DNA from: Magallana gigas
Taxonomy: Eukaryota
NCBI RefSeq assembly: GCF_963853765.1
Contig: NC_088860.1
Coordinates: forward strand, 23,436,001-23,500,000
DNA length: 64,000 bases
Reading direction: 5' to 3'
Shown: one piece after another, positions 35,576 to 47,975 of the stretch
How the letters are laid out: each line of letters begins with the position of its first letter
Numbering within the stretch: the first letter of the stretch is position 1
Notes under the pieces: generated by a model
Told to the model about the DNA's origin: nothing
What the model saw: only the letters and a program-made list of their open reading frames with translations
Database searches by the model: none
Position numbers and translations under genes: made by a program

Positions 35576-37588
35576 AGCTTTGTTCTTCAATTCAGATATA
35601 TTTATTTCTTGCCAACATAATTGATTATTATTATATTTTCTCATGAAAAAAGTATTAATTTGAACAATGATTTTTGTTGTTGATATTGCATACAAAATAC
35701 ATTTAATTTAGACATATAGGCAGTCATGCATCATTGGAAATTTTCGGCCAAGTCTTAATTACTGGCGTAGACAAACTCACTGAATTTTTATTGTTTTCAT
35801 GCCTTATTTTTTGTTCTCTTTCGATTGGCTCCTTAACTGTTTTTCGCTGGAAATCTCACCAATCGCATTAATGTTTACGTATGCATTACAACGGAATGTT
35901 TTCATATATTGACATTGGTATTAATATCTCCAAAACCAAAAAAATATATTTTTTACCTTGTGGATTGATAATATACTCATGAGGTATATAATAACTCGTG
36001 CAGTATATAATAAATATTTATGGGAACGAGAAAACTTCAGTTATATATTTGGCACATGTACCCGGTATATGGCGTGAAAGCTTATGCAAGATTGTCACGG
36101 GTTTTCTATGATGCGGGTGATAAAATCATTTCTACATTAGTAACAACAAGGAACAAAACATAATTATATTTCCTAAAATTGATGATATAAAGTGGACAAA
36201 TCATCGATTTTTTGAACAGTTTGTTACACGATGGAAAGGATGGAAAGGCCTTATACGTTACTTATTTGACAGCGGCTCCACATTTGGTTATGTTGTGCAG
36301 TTTCTTGATTTTAGCAGGGTATTTACAGACTACATCAATGGCGATATGGAAAATAAAGATTGTTAACTATTTGAAGGATGTAAATATATGTATATCCTAT
36401 CCCAAAGCTGAAATATTTTGACTTCTTAAGATATAATATTTTTTTAAAGTCGGGTTTGTTTTACAACAATAAACATTAGCTCCGAGGAGCTATTTTCCGA
36501 CCACATGATACCATTACATATAATTGCAACATAAAATATTCAATATCAATATTACACAACTAAAAACATACCGCAAGGATACTCTAAGACAATGAACACC
36601 TCAATAATTCAGACCTACTAAATTCAAACCTTTTATAAAGAAAAGCGACAAGTGCTCTAACAGTAGTTTCCATACTAACTACTTATGTTTGATTTGAATT
36701 TATTAAAAGTAATAATATTTTGAAATGACTCTGGTAGAGAAATCCAGAATTTTGCAGTTTCAAATCTAAAAGATTTTAGACTATATGTCGTTGATCCTAC
36801 AATCGGTAAAACAGCTGTATTTGTATATCTAAAAGAATATGACATTTCTTTAATTTGGATAAAATTTTGTGGGTAAGAAGGACTTTGTTTATTTAAAAAT
36901 CTTAAAATACTCTATTGCCATTGTTCTGAAACGCCGGAGTTTAAGACATGGTAGTTTTGATTTTTGAGGAAGTTAACTACTAGTATATGAATTAATGTAA
37001 TCGTCGTAGACAAATCGCTATGTCCTTTCCTTTATTTTTTCTCCATTTTTTTTTACGTTTCTCTCTTACCACAGAAATGTCAAACTAATGAACACAAGTT
37101 AAAATTTGACGTTATGAAACTATGATAAATAGTAAGTAATATGTGAGAGCTAAACTTAAGTTCGAAATCTATGGTAACACCAACTAATTTTACTTTCTTT
37201 TCAGGTTGAACCCTAATTCCGTCTATTTCATAACAGATATTTTTCTTCTTTTGTTTTTTCCCTATACATATGGCTTGAAATCTATTAAATTAGGATTGGC
37301 TTGCATTTGCTTTTCTTTGATTATAAAGTTTTTTTTAGTGAGTTTAAAATATCATTGCTAGAAATAGAAAAGGTGTTATCGTTGCGTAGTGATAAAGGTC
37401 TTTTTTTATTTTTCGATAGATTAAGGCTAAAAAATCATAAATATTAATGAATAATTGATCTTCTAAGAAATAGGCCTATATTACACATTTCGTGAGAACG
37501 CATTGTAAACAGTAACAGTACTATTTATACACTGTGTTCACATTAAACTGTGATAAAAGATTTCCGTCTTCTTCTTTACAATTTTAAC

Positions 37589-38158
37589 ACAAGTGAAAAG
37601 CTGTCAATGTGACAGCAAACCGGGTTTTGTTTAAAGTGAACTGTATCCCTAATCCATGTCAAATCTGAATTGATAAATGTTACCTACCGCATCCAGGGAA
37701 ATGGAGCACCCATATGCAATATTTTGCCCAAAAAATGACTAAGTTCAAAAGGTAGTATTTTTTTCATAAATTATCAGAAATAAAAATCCTAGCAATATGC
37801 ATACCTCTAATATACATGTATGTACAATTGATCTGCAAAAGAACGACTTATCTTGAAATCTGTTGGATGCGTTATCCGTAAAATAGAGGTACCCTGTATG
37901 CATTATTTTGTAAAAAAAAATGGCAATGTTGTAAAGCTGGTATTTTCCCTATAGATTATTAGAAATCAAAATCCTAGCAATATGCACACCTCTGATATAT
38001 GAACAATTGATCTGCAAAAGAACAACGTTCTATCTTGAATACTGTAAGAGGAGTTATCTGGACAATAAGAGTACCCTTTTGGCAGCCGCCCACCCATCCG
38101 ACCGCGCTTCTCACCATTTCAATAACCGGATTTTTTCGTTGGAAAACGTAGTTAAAAA
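37589..38158 (-). mobile_element. Non-autonomous Helentron (HINE) with two ~180 bp satellite monomers
   Basis: End hairpin gctgtca-atg-tgacagc plus aaaccgggtt; the other end has a gccgcccacccatcc microsatellite-like tract and taaccggat...gttaaaaa sub-terminal inverted repeats. Confidence 0.75.
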
Positions 38159-38599
38159 TCAGTCTTAGATTGTTCAAAATATTTAATTAAGTACACTATA
38201 ATCTATTTCTTTCTCTAAAAAAAATGAAAACACCTTGTTAAAGTAAAAAGATCAAATTGCTGCGCTTCTAGGGAGTTTGAAATTTCTCTGTTTCATTAAA
38301 AGAATAATTAAAAAATGGCTTTAAGAGAGAGGTTTTATTTTGGTTTTAATGATGACCATTTTTTTTCTCTTCTAGCACCTATAATACCAATGTAAACTTT
38401 GGGTATTCTGTAATTGAATCTAAAAACAACATAGGAATGCAATTTAAAAACAGCATGATGATTTTTAAGGACGATACTTTAAATTAAGCAACTAAAGGAA
38501 GTGTTTGAAATGACTGTTCATGGTTTGATGTAAAACAAAATTATCATGTTCCGATTGGATTTTAATCAATTACTTTTGTTGATCATCATACACTATTGA

Positions 38600-39006
38600 T
38601 TGTTATACTTTCATGTTAAATACTTACATCTGATTGGTTAAGACGCAGTTCATAATCCGTTCTATAACCCTCAGCGTTAGCAACGCACTAAGCAACGGGT
38701 AACATTATATAAATAGTGCCTGTTTGGGAGGGTAACAGTTGAAATTGACACCCCGAGAAAACCATTGTCAACCGACGCGAAGCGGAGGTTGACAATGGTT
38801 TTCGAGGGGTGTCAATTTCAACTGTTATCCTCCCAAACAGGCACTATTTATTTTGTTATACTGAATGTCTTAATTTTTAAGAAAATTTTACTGCTTTCAT
38901 ATAGGAATAACGTGAATTCTACAGCGAACCGTACGCGTCGGTTGACAATGGTTTTCTCGGGGTATCAATTTCAACTGTTACCCTCCCAAACAGGCACTAT
39001 TTATAT
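38600..39006 (+). mobile_element. Hairpin element family 1, copy B (body inverted, right arm duplicated)
   Basis: Same head and tail as copies A and C; segment 38708..38938 is the reverse complement of the body of copy C. Confidence 0.8.
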
Positions 39007-40043
39007 AATAGTTACTTCTTCTCTTCAAACACTGACTCCTTTAACAATACTAATATCTAATAAATAATGCATTCAATTTTAAAAACAATTACTTAGATCT
39101 TTTAAAAAGTATGATGCTTTAAGCAACAATAGCAAGTAAAGCATGGTATGTTTGTTTGCATTTGTATACATGTATTTTCCAAGTGATCTGTACTGTAACA
39201 AAGGAAAGCGTCATTGGGAGCTATTTATGAAAATATATACTTTATCAATAAGGTAACTATATATATGGCACATTGGCATCTTTTTTGAAACCGTTATTAG
39301 GAACGAAATCAATTAAAAGAAGCATTGTAACTTTGCTTTCCTCTATGCATACACTGCTAAAAATAGGTTTAAAAATGTTTGTCAAATGTTAGTATTGAAA
39401 AAAATTCATTTTCCGTTATTATTTTTTTTACATTTTCATCTCATTCTTTTGAATCACAAGTAAACTTAGTAAACCAAAAAAGGACTAGTATATACCATTC
39501 CCACGGGAAAATCATAAACCAGTATCAAAATTGGATGAATATTTTTCATGCTTACTCATATTATGACCCCAAAAATGTATATTAGAATGCAAAAATAGTG
39601 TTCTAAATTTTATCATAAAAGTTTAAAGAACTTATAATGGTAATTTATTGTATATTAAAATAGAATACAGAAACAAGCAAATCTAATTGAAATATCTAAG
39701 TAAATATATCACAACGCTAGCTAATACAATTGGAGTTGGACAAAATTGTATGATTGACAAATCTTGACATGGATTTGTATACAAAGCATCATCAAAACAG
39801 TAGGATGTCAAAAATTTGATTTATATAAAATTGATCTGGAAACAGGACCACTTTATACAGAAATTCATTTCTAAAGTTCGGAAGATCTGTTTTGTGGTTT
39901 CAATTAAATTTTTACTGTTCATTTCTAAAAAAAAAAAAAAAAAAAAAAAGCCAAAAAAAAAAAAAGAAAAAAAATAAAATAAAAAAAAATAAAAATAAAA
40001 AACAAACTTTGGTATTACATGTATCAACAAAGTATATACGTGT

Positions 40044-41072
40044 TCATGAGATATAAGCCTTGATTATATTTGTGATTGATGTTCGACAAATAGGACATTG
40101 TTGCAAGGGAACGCCACAGCTGCTACAGCAGCAAATGTGGCCACAAGGTTCAAACAACACCCCAGCATCCTCATCGAGACATATCTTGCACAGTCTCTGT
40201 TCCTTGAGGTTTTCATTCTCTCTCAATATTTCGTTTAATTCTACAATTGAGAATAAACAAAATAATCTTTCTTAATATGTAGATGTACAACAACGTTCAT
40301 TTACTAGTGTTAATTATTTTTTTACAAAAACTTTTTACATGCCCAGTTGATTTAAATACAGTTTTTAATAAGTAAAAATCTAATACATTGTATATGCTAA
40401 GCAAAATTAGCTAATCTTTATTTCTTTTTTAAAGATTAGCTGATATACAATGTGTTTTTAAAGACTCGCTGATATACAATGTATCATGTCAATTATACGA
40501 CACACATTAATATTTTTTATAAGAGCCAATAGTACTCACTTTTCCTTTCAGCTGACTCATCCTCAGTCGTTAAGGGTTGACTGGTTACTTTCGGTTCATT
40601 GAATAAATTGGTTCTTGTCTGTTCATGGGGTTGATTGGTTGCTCTGCTAGCATGAAGCATTCTCTCATCTTGTTCTGATTGGTTGTCAAAAGTAGAACAC
40701 AAAAAAACTTATAATTTATAATTTTGTCTTACACTTGTTGCAACACCATAATATTAGAGAAAAGGTACAAGATATACATGTATGTGTCGGAAGTATTTCA
40801 TTTCTACAGATTTGATTCACATACCTACTGGACCAAAGCTATTTTCTGCATGCTGAACGGTGTTTATTTTCTGGTGAAAAAAAATGAAAAAATTCCTCAT
40901 TTATTTTACTTAATATAAATATTGCATACATCCGAATTTGTGAGATTAAAATAAACAATGGACTATTAAATCGATCACGACATTTGTAAAATCACCTTTA
41001 TTCGATCAATTGTAGGCGTTAAACCTTAAGCTTAATCTAATTTAAAAAAATAATGTTAAAATGGCTTTCTTC

Positions 41073-41145
<73 letters not shown>

Positions 41146-43927
41146 CACATTCACACGATTTCACGAGGAAGCAAACTCAAATCATCACGACGAAATGACC
41201 AAAAAAATTTGAGGAAAGCTGTTGCGTAACAATGGTTATTCAATCTTTTTGAATCATGTCTTTGTTTGCTTATAGTAATAGAAGAATGCCGGTATTAAAA
41301 GATGCATGTTATATTTGTACCATGCTGTATAGATTTGCAATGACTTTAATAAGAGTTATTAACATTCTAGACGTAATCGTTTAATCAATAAAACATAATA
41401 TGCAGAAGAATTATTTAACTATACGTGAACAATCAAAATATCACTTAACCATAATCCATTTGTCAACCCTAATTTGATAAACACTACCTATTCAAAGAAA
41501 TATGGTATTCTAAATTTTTTGCACAAAAAACTAAGTTTAAAATCTGGTATTTTTGGCATAAATTATTATAAAAAAAATCAACGCCCAAGTAATGTGCTCT
41601 TCTTTTTCTATCTTCAAAACTGTAGGAGGAGTTATCCGTACGATAGGGATATCCTTCCGCAGCCGCCCATCCGTCCGCCATTTTCACCATAACATAATAC
41701 ACAATAACCGGGGTTTTCCAGTCTAGACAATGAATGAGCGTCAAATATTGGTACTGTAATGAGTGAGATATCTATTCTTGTCTGAGAACTTAACGAAGTA
41801 CATTTGACCCCACGCCGCGACTTCCTTGTTTAGCATATTCTTTGTATGGATTTTTGAGATGGTTGACGGTTTGTTATTGTCATTTTTTCATTGTAACAAA
41901 CGTATTTGATACACCAGATGTCAGATAGTATTAAGAAATCACATTAAACATTGGGCCGAATAATTTAGCCAGTGCCAAAGTGGCATTTTTGCATCCACTT
42001 AAAATGCAGTTTCGTATAAAACTATGTACACGAAATGATTTACCATTGTCTAGTAAGTATGTAGCCACTTTTGGTTTCTAGTGTGTCTCACCTGGCAGGT
42101 TAGATATTTACCTTTAACAGGTAGTTTTACTATAGGAAATTAAGATTTCCTATCGGATTTTAAAATCTATTGGAACTTTTGTTCAAATCCTATCGGAATT
42201 TACAGGAAAAATAGGGGGAAAATATTTTTAATAGTAAAATTTTCACCTGACAGGTGACATACATTAATAATCAAAGTACTGAAGAACTGACAGGAGTTGA
42301 TATTGTCGATGTTTATTTATTTTAAAATCAATGATATGTTATTTTGCATGACAAGTACATGTAGTTTCTAATTTGAATTACGAACACTTTTATAATATGA
42401 ATTTTTGGACTTTTTCGACAAGAATGTCGAGAAACCCCCATATGAATCATGTTAAATAATATTTAAAGATAAAATTAATTCAATCAAACTATGTATCAGT
42501 AATAGAAATAGTTCTCGAAAATTGTATGGATCCAAGCAATATTGAACTCTGGTCTCGTTCAACCAAACGCTCGGCTGACACTGTAAATCTCCGACAAGGA
42601 TTTACGGATACAGCCGAGCGTCGAGTTGAACGAGACTATATTGAACTCTGGCGTAGGAATACATACGACTACAAAAAATATTTAAATTGTTCGTACCATT
42701 TAAAATCTGACTATTTTCAAGGTATTTATAAATAAATTTCCTTGAAAAACAATGCTTAAGCATACATTACATCGAATTTATCAAATATTTTCAAGAACTA
42801 AGTCTTGTCAGCAGCAATGATTTGTGCTGAGGTCCAAACACTGTTTCACTTTCGGTTTGTCTGAGTAACTGCATAAGAGAGTTGATTAAAATCAACTCCC
42901 AACAAAAGTAGTTGATCTTTTCGATACATGCTGCTTTGACGAGTGTAAAAAAGGAACCTTGGCATAATTATCCGGCACAGTGATATTAGCATTTTATATA
43001 TGTGTATAAAGTTAAGAAACTCAAACTCATATAAAACTTTCAACTAAAAGATCCAGTAAAGGTGAAAACAAACATAAATAATGTTTTTATGTTATCATTT
43101 TCTCTGATTTGAAACAAGGTAAGATAAATAAGGTAAGATAAATAAGAAAACCTTCCTTACCAACTTCAACCAGGCACAGTCAGGGAACCACTTAGCGTGC
43201 TCCAACAAAGGGTCATCTTCAGGATCCCATTTCAATAAAGTATTCCCGCAGTAAAAACATCTACATTTGTCTCCCTCTCCTGTTAAAAAATGTTAGATGT
43301 CTATTGATTGAACACAACACCTATCTGAAATAGTTGAACGTTGGGTGTCTACGATTAAGAGAAAATAAAATAAAGGCAACGATTCCAAAAAGGGAAATGT
43401 GTTAACCTACCAAGATAAAAGAAACCTGCTTTACAGAGATCATCAGGTCTTAGGGTTCTCTGGGTAGGCCATCCTCTAAATGAAGCCTTTCTAGCCGACT
43501 CCATGGCATAGTTTTGGAATTTAGGTCCAGGAACACTAGGTTTTTGATATTGTTCGTAGCTTTCCCCTATAGGCAAAGCTGGTTGACCGATTGCCAGGTC
43601 TTCAACATTATACGTGGGAATAGTAGGGGCAAAGGCTTCCAACATTAAACTACCATGCTTGATCCAGGGGCAGTTTGGGAAATGTTGGCGATGTTCCAAA
43701 GCCACAATATCACCCTCACACCAGCCACTAAGTATCCCCCCACAGTGTGTACATTGCACTTTGTCATCTATTCCTGTGTAATAAAACCCATCTTTTGCCA
43801 GATCTCGAGGTGAGACTGGTACCCCTGGTGGCCATCGCTGATCAAATGTCATGATTCGCTTGTTGTAATTGCGTCTTAGTGGTGCCAATCGCTCAAAAGG
43901 AGTCCGAGGTATAATGTCCATGCTCAT
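40044..43927 (-). CDS. Inhibitor of apoptosis protein (BIR-BIR-RING), IAP-A, 337 aa; exons 43927-43411, 43279-43161, 40870-40825, 40674-40540, 40240-40044
   Basis: Two BIR domains with intact Cx2C-x16-H-x6-C zinc ligands and a C-terminal C3HC4 RING (CKIC...PCGH..CC..C......CPICR). All introns GT-AG and phase-consistent (1014 nt). Small linker exons were assigned by eye. Confidence 0.88.
41076..41143. repeat. (AT)n microsatellite in an IAP-A intron
   Basis: Direct reading. Confidence 0.98.
41505..41725 (-). mobile_element. Truncated, degenerate HINE (180 bp family) in IAP-A intron 2
   Basis: Partial monomer (aaactgtaggaggagttatccgtac) followed by gcagccgcccatccgtccgccattttcaccat...taaccggggtttt. 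Confidence 0.6.
42550..42638. mobile_element. 89 bp hairpin MITE (tagtctcgttcaa-type TIRs) with a 10 bp direct repeat TATTGAACTC (extendable to 14 bp)
   Basis: gtctcgttcaaccaaacgctcggctg...cagccgagcgtcgagttgaacgagac; flanks at 42540-42549 and 42639-42648. Confidence 0.75.
42843..42858 (-). promoter_or_regulatory. ISRE-like site in IAP-A intron 2
   Basis: GTTTCACTTTCGGTTT matches the GTTTCNNTTTC consensus; shares an identical 15-mer with 33228..33242. Confidence 0.4.
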
Positions 43928-44710
43928 GTTCAGATTTCAAAACTAGTAATAACTCTCAAATTAATCCAACGTCCTAAAAAATCACTCTTTTCTAATAAAG
44001 TATACAGAATTAACATGATAAAATCATGATTTCTATATTTAAACAAGGACATTCAAATTAACCGCATTATTAAAAAAACATTTTAAAAATTTGAGACCTT
44101 TTAATAAATTCAGACGTCATGTACATTGCTTTCGCTCAAGACGTGTACAAGTATAGATGACTTAAACAAGTTTGATTATAGGTGTTCAACATATAAATAT
44201 AAATTACGAATATAACTTCGTAAAATACACATGGACGGTATTTGAAGAGTAAATAATTTAACAATTGTTAATGTAGCACCAACGTTAACATATTTAAGAA
44301 ACTAGGAATGAATATAATTCTTTTCATCTAAATAAATAAATAATAACTTACAATTACTGAATGCTTTATAATATCAATTTCATTCGGTTTTAAAGACAAA
44401 ACTGCAAGATATCAAACTTCCATGACCTATATTTTAATAAAATTAGAAATAGAAACACTACACATCGTGGGAAAAAAAAGACAAAGCACTATTGCCGAGT
44501 TATTTTCTGGAAAGTGGAAGGGAAAAACATTTCACGAATTTAAAGATTAAAAAAGTTTATGATAAGTATTTTGATTTCTCTTTTCCCTTTATTGCAAAAT
44601 TCAAAATCAGAATCCTAATCAGGATTATTTCAAATAATTTGATTTCAATACCTTGCATATATATTTATAATTTTTCTTTAACAATCATTATGTTTGATCC
44701 CTTGTTTTTA

Positions 44711-45320
44711 AAACAAGTTTGCATTCAACTAAGGTACAGCAAGCGAGCTCACAAATGAAACTCCGCTAAAAAAATATAATGAACAAATATTTCTTTAATG
44801 GAAAGTAATTTATGCACCATTTTCCTTCCAATGACCTTGAATTTGCACAAATGACAAAAGCTTAAAGTCAGGACATATTTCCAAGGCACAGGCAATATAA
44901 GATCATAAATAATCTCTATAAGAAAAAGGCACTTCCAATGATTCTCAATCAAAAAAAGGTATTTGGAATAGACGCCAATTATGCACTTTCCCCCCAGTAA
45001 AATTGAACTTGCCCGAATGATCATGTGACTGTGACTCATTCTTAGGTCTTTGTAAAAAGTAGGAACTTAAAAAGTTTCTCCAAAATAAACATATGGACCG
45101 GACACAAATTATGCATTTTCCTTCAAATAACCCTTAACTTGCCCAAATGACCTTCGGTCAAAATCCCGACACAACCTCAGTTATAAGCAATCTTTGTGTG
45201 AAGTAGGGACTTCAAATGTTTCTATATAAGATAGATATGGATTGCACAGACAAACCGACAGACGTACATACATACGGACAGGATGATTCTTATATACACT
45301 AAACTCGCGGGGTATATGAA
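44711..45320 (+). mobile_element. Old HINE/pearl-like element with decayed central repeats
   Basis: Starts aaacaag; three decayed ttatgca...cttgcccaaatga units; ends acagacaaaccgacagacg...ggatgattcttatatac...gcggggtata. Confidence 0.5.
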
Positions 45321-45722
45321 AGGCCTTTCAGTAAAAACATATGTGTGCCCGTAGTATTAAGGTTAGAATAGGAGATTTATAAATACACATTTTAGCTAGA
45401 TATGTTTAACTATTTCAGGATGTTCACTACGAGGCACATTCGTTTACAACATCTATAGAATCTTTTCAAATATGAAATTTGTATTTTACAAAAGTAAATA
45501 TTTTAAACGTCCGAGTTCAATTTTTACAATTTAAAACTTTATGAATATATTGAATGATTTTAAAGTATCATGAACAGATGTAGTTGTCATATATTTTGTA
45601 TATATAATATATTCCTATTGAATGATCCCAAAATTTATTTTGACATTATGATAATCTGAAAACTTATGACAATTAAGGAAGCACTTGTCTTGTTAAATAC
45701 GGAGAAATGCGATATTTCTAAA

Positions 45723-46088
45723 TTGTTATACTTTCATGTTAAATACTGAAATCTGATTGGTTAAGACGCAATTAATAATATTTTCTATTACCCTCAGCGT
45801 TAGCAACGCACTTAGCAACGGGTAACATTAAAAAATGTTATATGCGCGAAAATTATGCGCGTACGGTTCGCTGTAGAATTCACGTTATTCCTATATAAAA
45901 GCAGTAAAATTTTCTTAAAAATTAAGACATTCAGTATAACAAAATAAATAGTGCCTGTTTGGGAGGATAACAGTTGAAATTGACACCCCTCGAAAACCAT
46001 TGTCAACCTCCGCTTCGCGTCGGTTGACAATGGTTTTCTCGGGGTGTCAATTTCAACTGTTACCCTCCCAAACAGGCACTATTTATAT
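45723..46088 (+). mobile_element. Hairpin element family 1, copy C (apparently canonical)
   Basis: Head, spacer and an intact hairpin at 45944..46086 with apex tccgcttcgcgtc. Confidence 0.82.
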
Positions 46089-46421
46089 ATTGGTGGCTCC
46101 ATATATAGTGATACATAGGGGCAAAATTAACAATCTGGTTAAACTTAAGGTAGTATGGGTCGATATTAATGTGGAAACATAGGTAATCACAGATTACAAA
46201 GCTCACCGAAACGAGGCATCACCTTTATGAGGCATTACCTGTATGAGACCACCTTTATATATATTTTTATATGAAAATCATACTTTATGATCTTGGATAT
46301 TCATAGATACATGTACTGTTTTGACACAATATCGTATATCCTCTGTTAACATTGTATGATAATAATATGTTCATTTCATACGGTATTATAAGATACAATG
46401 TTTATCAATACAATAATATAA

Positions 46422-47136
46422 ACAAGTGAAAAGCTGTCAATGTGACAGCAAACTGGGTTTTCATTTATGTGAACTGTATCCATAATCCATGTCAATCCGT
46501 ATCCAGTGAAATGGAGTACCCAATATGCAATATTTTGCCAAAAAATGATTAAGTTCAAAAGCTGTTTTTTTCCATAAATTATCGGAAACCAAAATCCTAG
46601 CAATATGCACACCTCTAATATAAGTTCAAATGATTTGCAAAAGAACAACTTCTTATCTTAAAAACTGCAGGAGGAATTATCTGTACAATGAGTATATCCT
46701 ATATGCAATTATTGCCAAACAATGACTAAGTTCAAAAGCTGGTATTTTTTTCATAAATTATTGGAAATCAAAATCCTTGCAATATGCACACATCTGATAT
46801 ATGTACAATTTATCTGCAAAGAACAATTTCCTATCTTGAGAACTGTAGGAGGAGTTATCCGTACAATGAGGGTACCCTATATGCAATATTTTGCCAAAAA
46901 ATGACTAAGTTCAAAAGCTGGTATTTTTTTTCATAAATTATCGGAAATCAAAATCCTAGCAATATGCACACCTCTGATATAGGTACAATTCATTTGCTAA
47001 AGAACAACTTCCTATCTTGAAAACTGTAGGAGGAGTTATCAGTACAATGAGGGTACCCTTTTGGCAGCCGCCCGCCCGACCGCCATTTTCACCATTTTAA
47101 TAACCGGATTTTTTCGTTGGAAGACCCGGTTAAAAA
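46422..47136 (-). mobile_element. HINE with three ~180 bp monomers
   Basis: Same termini as 37589..38158 and 51313..52339. Confidence 0.8.
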
Positions 47137-47189
47137 CAATATTGCATCCTATAGAACTTACAATATATATCATATATTACAATAAAATA

Positions 47190-47935
47190 CTGTAATAAAC
47201 AATGATGAGATATGATATTGTAACATATGATATGACATTGTTTTGTGTTATAAATAATTGTATTTTATCACATAATACAATATCATAATATATAATACAA
47301 TATAGTTTTATATGATACAATTTCATACCACTAATACATAATAATATTTTAACATATGATACAATATTTTATGATATAGTATGATTTTCATATTATATTT
47401 TATGATACTGTATCATATTTGATACATAATATGATATTGTATCATACGATACAGTAAAATTTGATACATGATACAATGTCATGCGATATAGTAGAATATT
47501 ATATTATACAATATTATATTATACATATTGTATCATGTGATACAATAACATAAATAACAATATCATATAATACAATTTCATGTGATATAAAACTATATTA
47601 TAGAAACCAATATCATATTTTACAATATTGTATGATACAATATTATATTATATACAATATCGTATCACACGAAACAATAATATACATTGCAATATCATAA
47701 GTAACATTACCATGTGATAATATATTAAATTAATAATACAATATCATATCATGAAATATTGTATTATAATATACAATTCTATACATAACAATATCATGAT
47801 ACAATATTATATCATAAAAAAATCGAAAAAGTTGATACTATATCATATCGTATCATATAACTTTTTTGCAATATAACATATGATATTATATTGTATCTTA
47901 TTAAACAATAGTGTATATTATACAATACTTTATCA
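47190..47935. repeat. Degenerate pentamer-based AT-rich array (ATATG/ATACA/ATATC/ATATT)
   Basis: Recurrent atatgatacaat and atatcatatc motifs in both orientations. Confidence 0.75.
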
Positions 47936-47975
47936 AAGGAATCATGTTATATTATTTAACAACAAACATCTATCT

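Noticed and set aside
38765-39067. Recurrent RRLTMVF.GCQFQLL ORFs (also 45812, 46000, 59223)
   Set aside because: Translations of the family 1 hairpin arms; both strands give similar peptides because the DNA is palindromic.
46520-47060. CRISPR-like regular repeats
   Set aside because: Whole-unit tandem repeats with no unique spacers, in a spliceosomal-intron genome with no cas genes.
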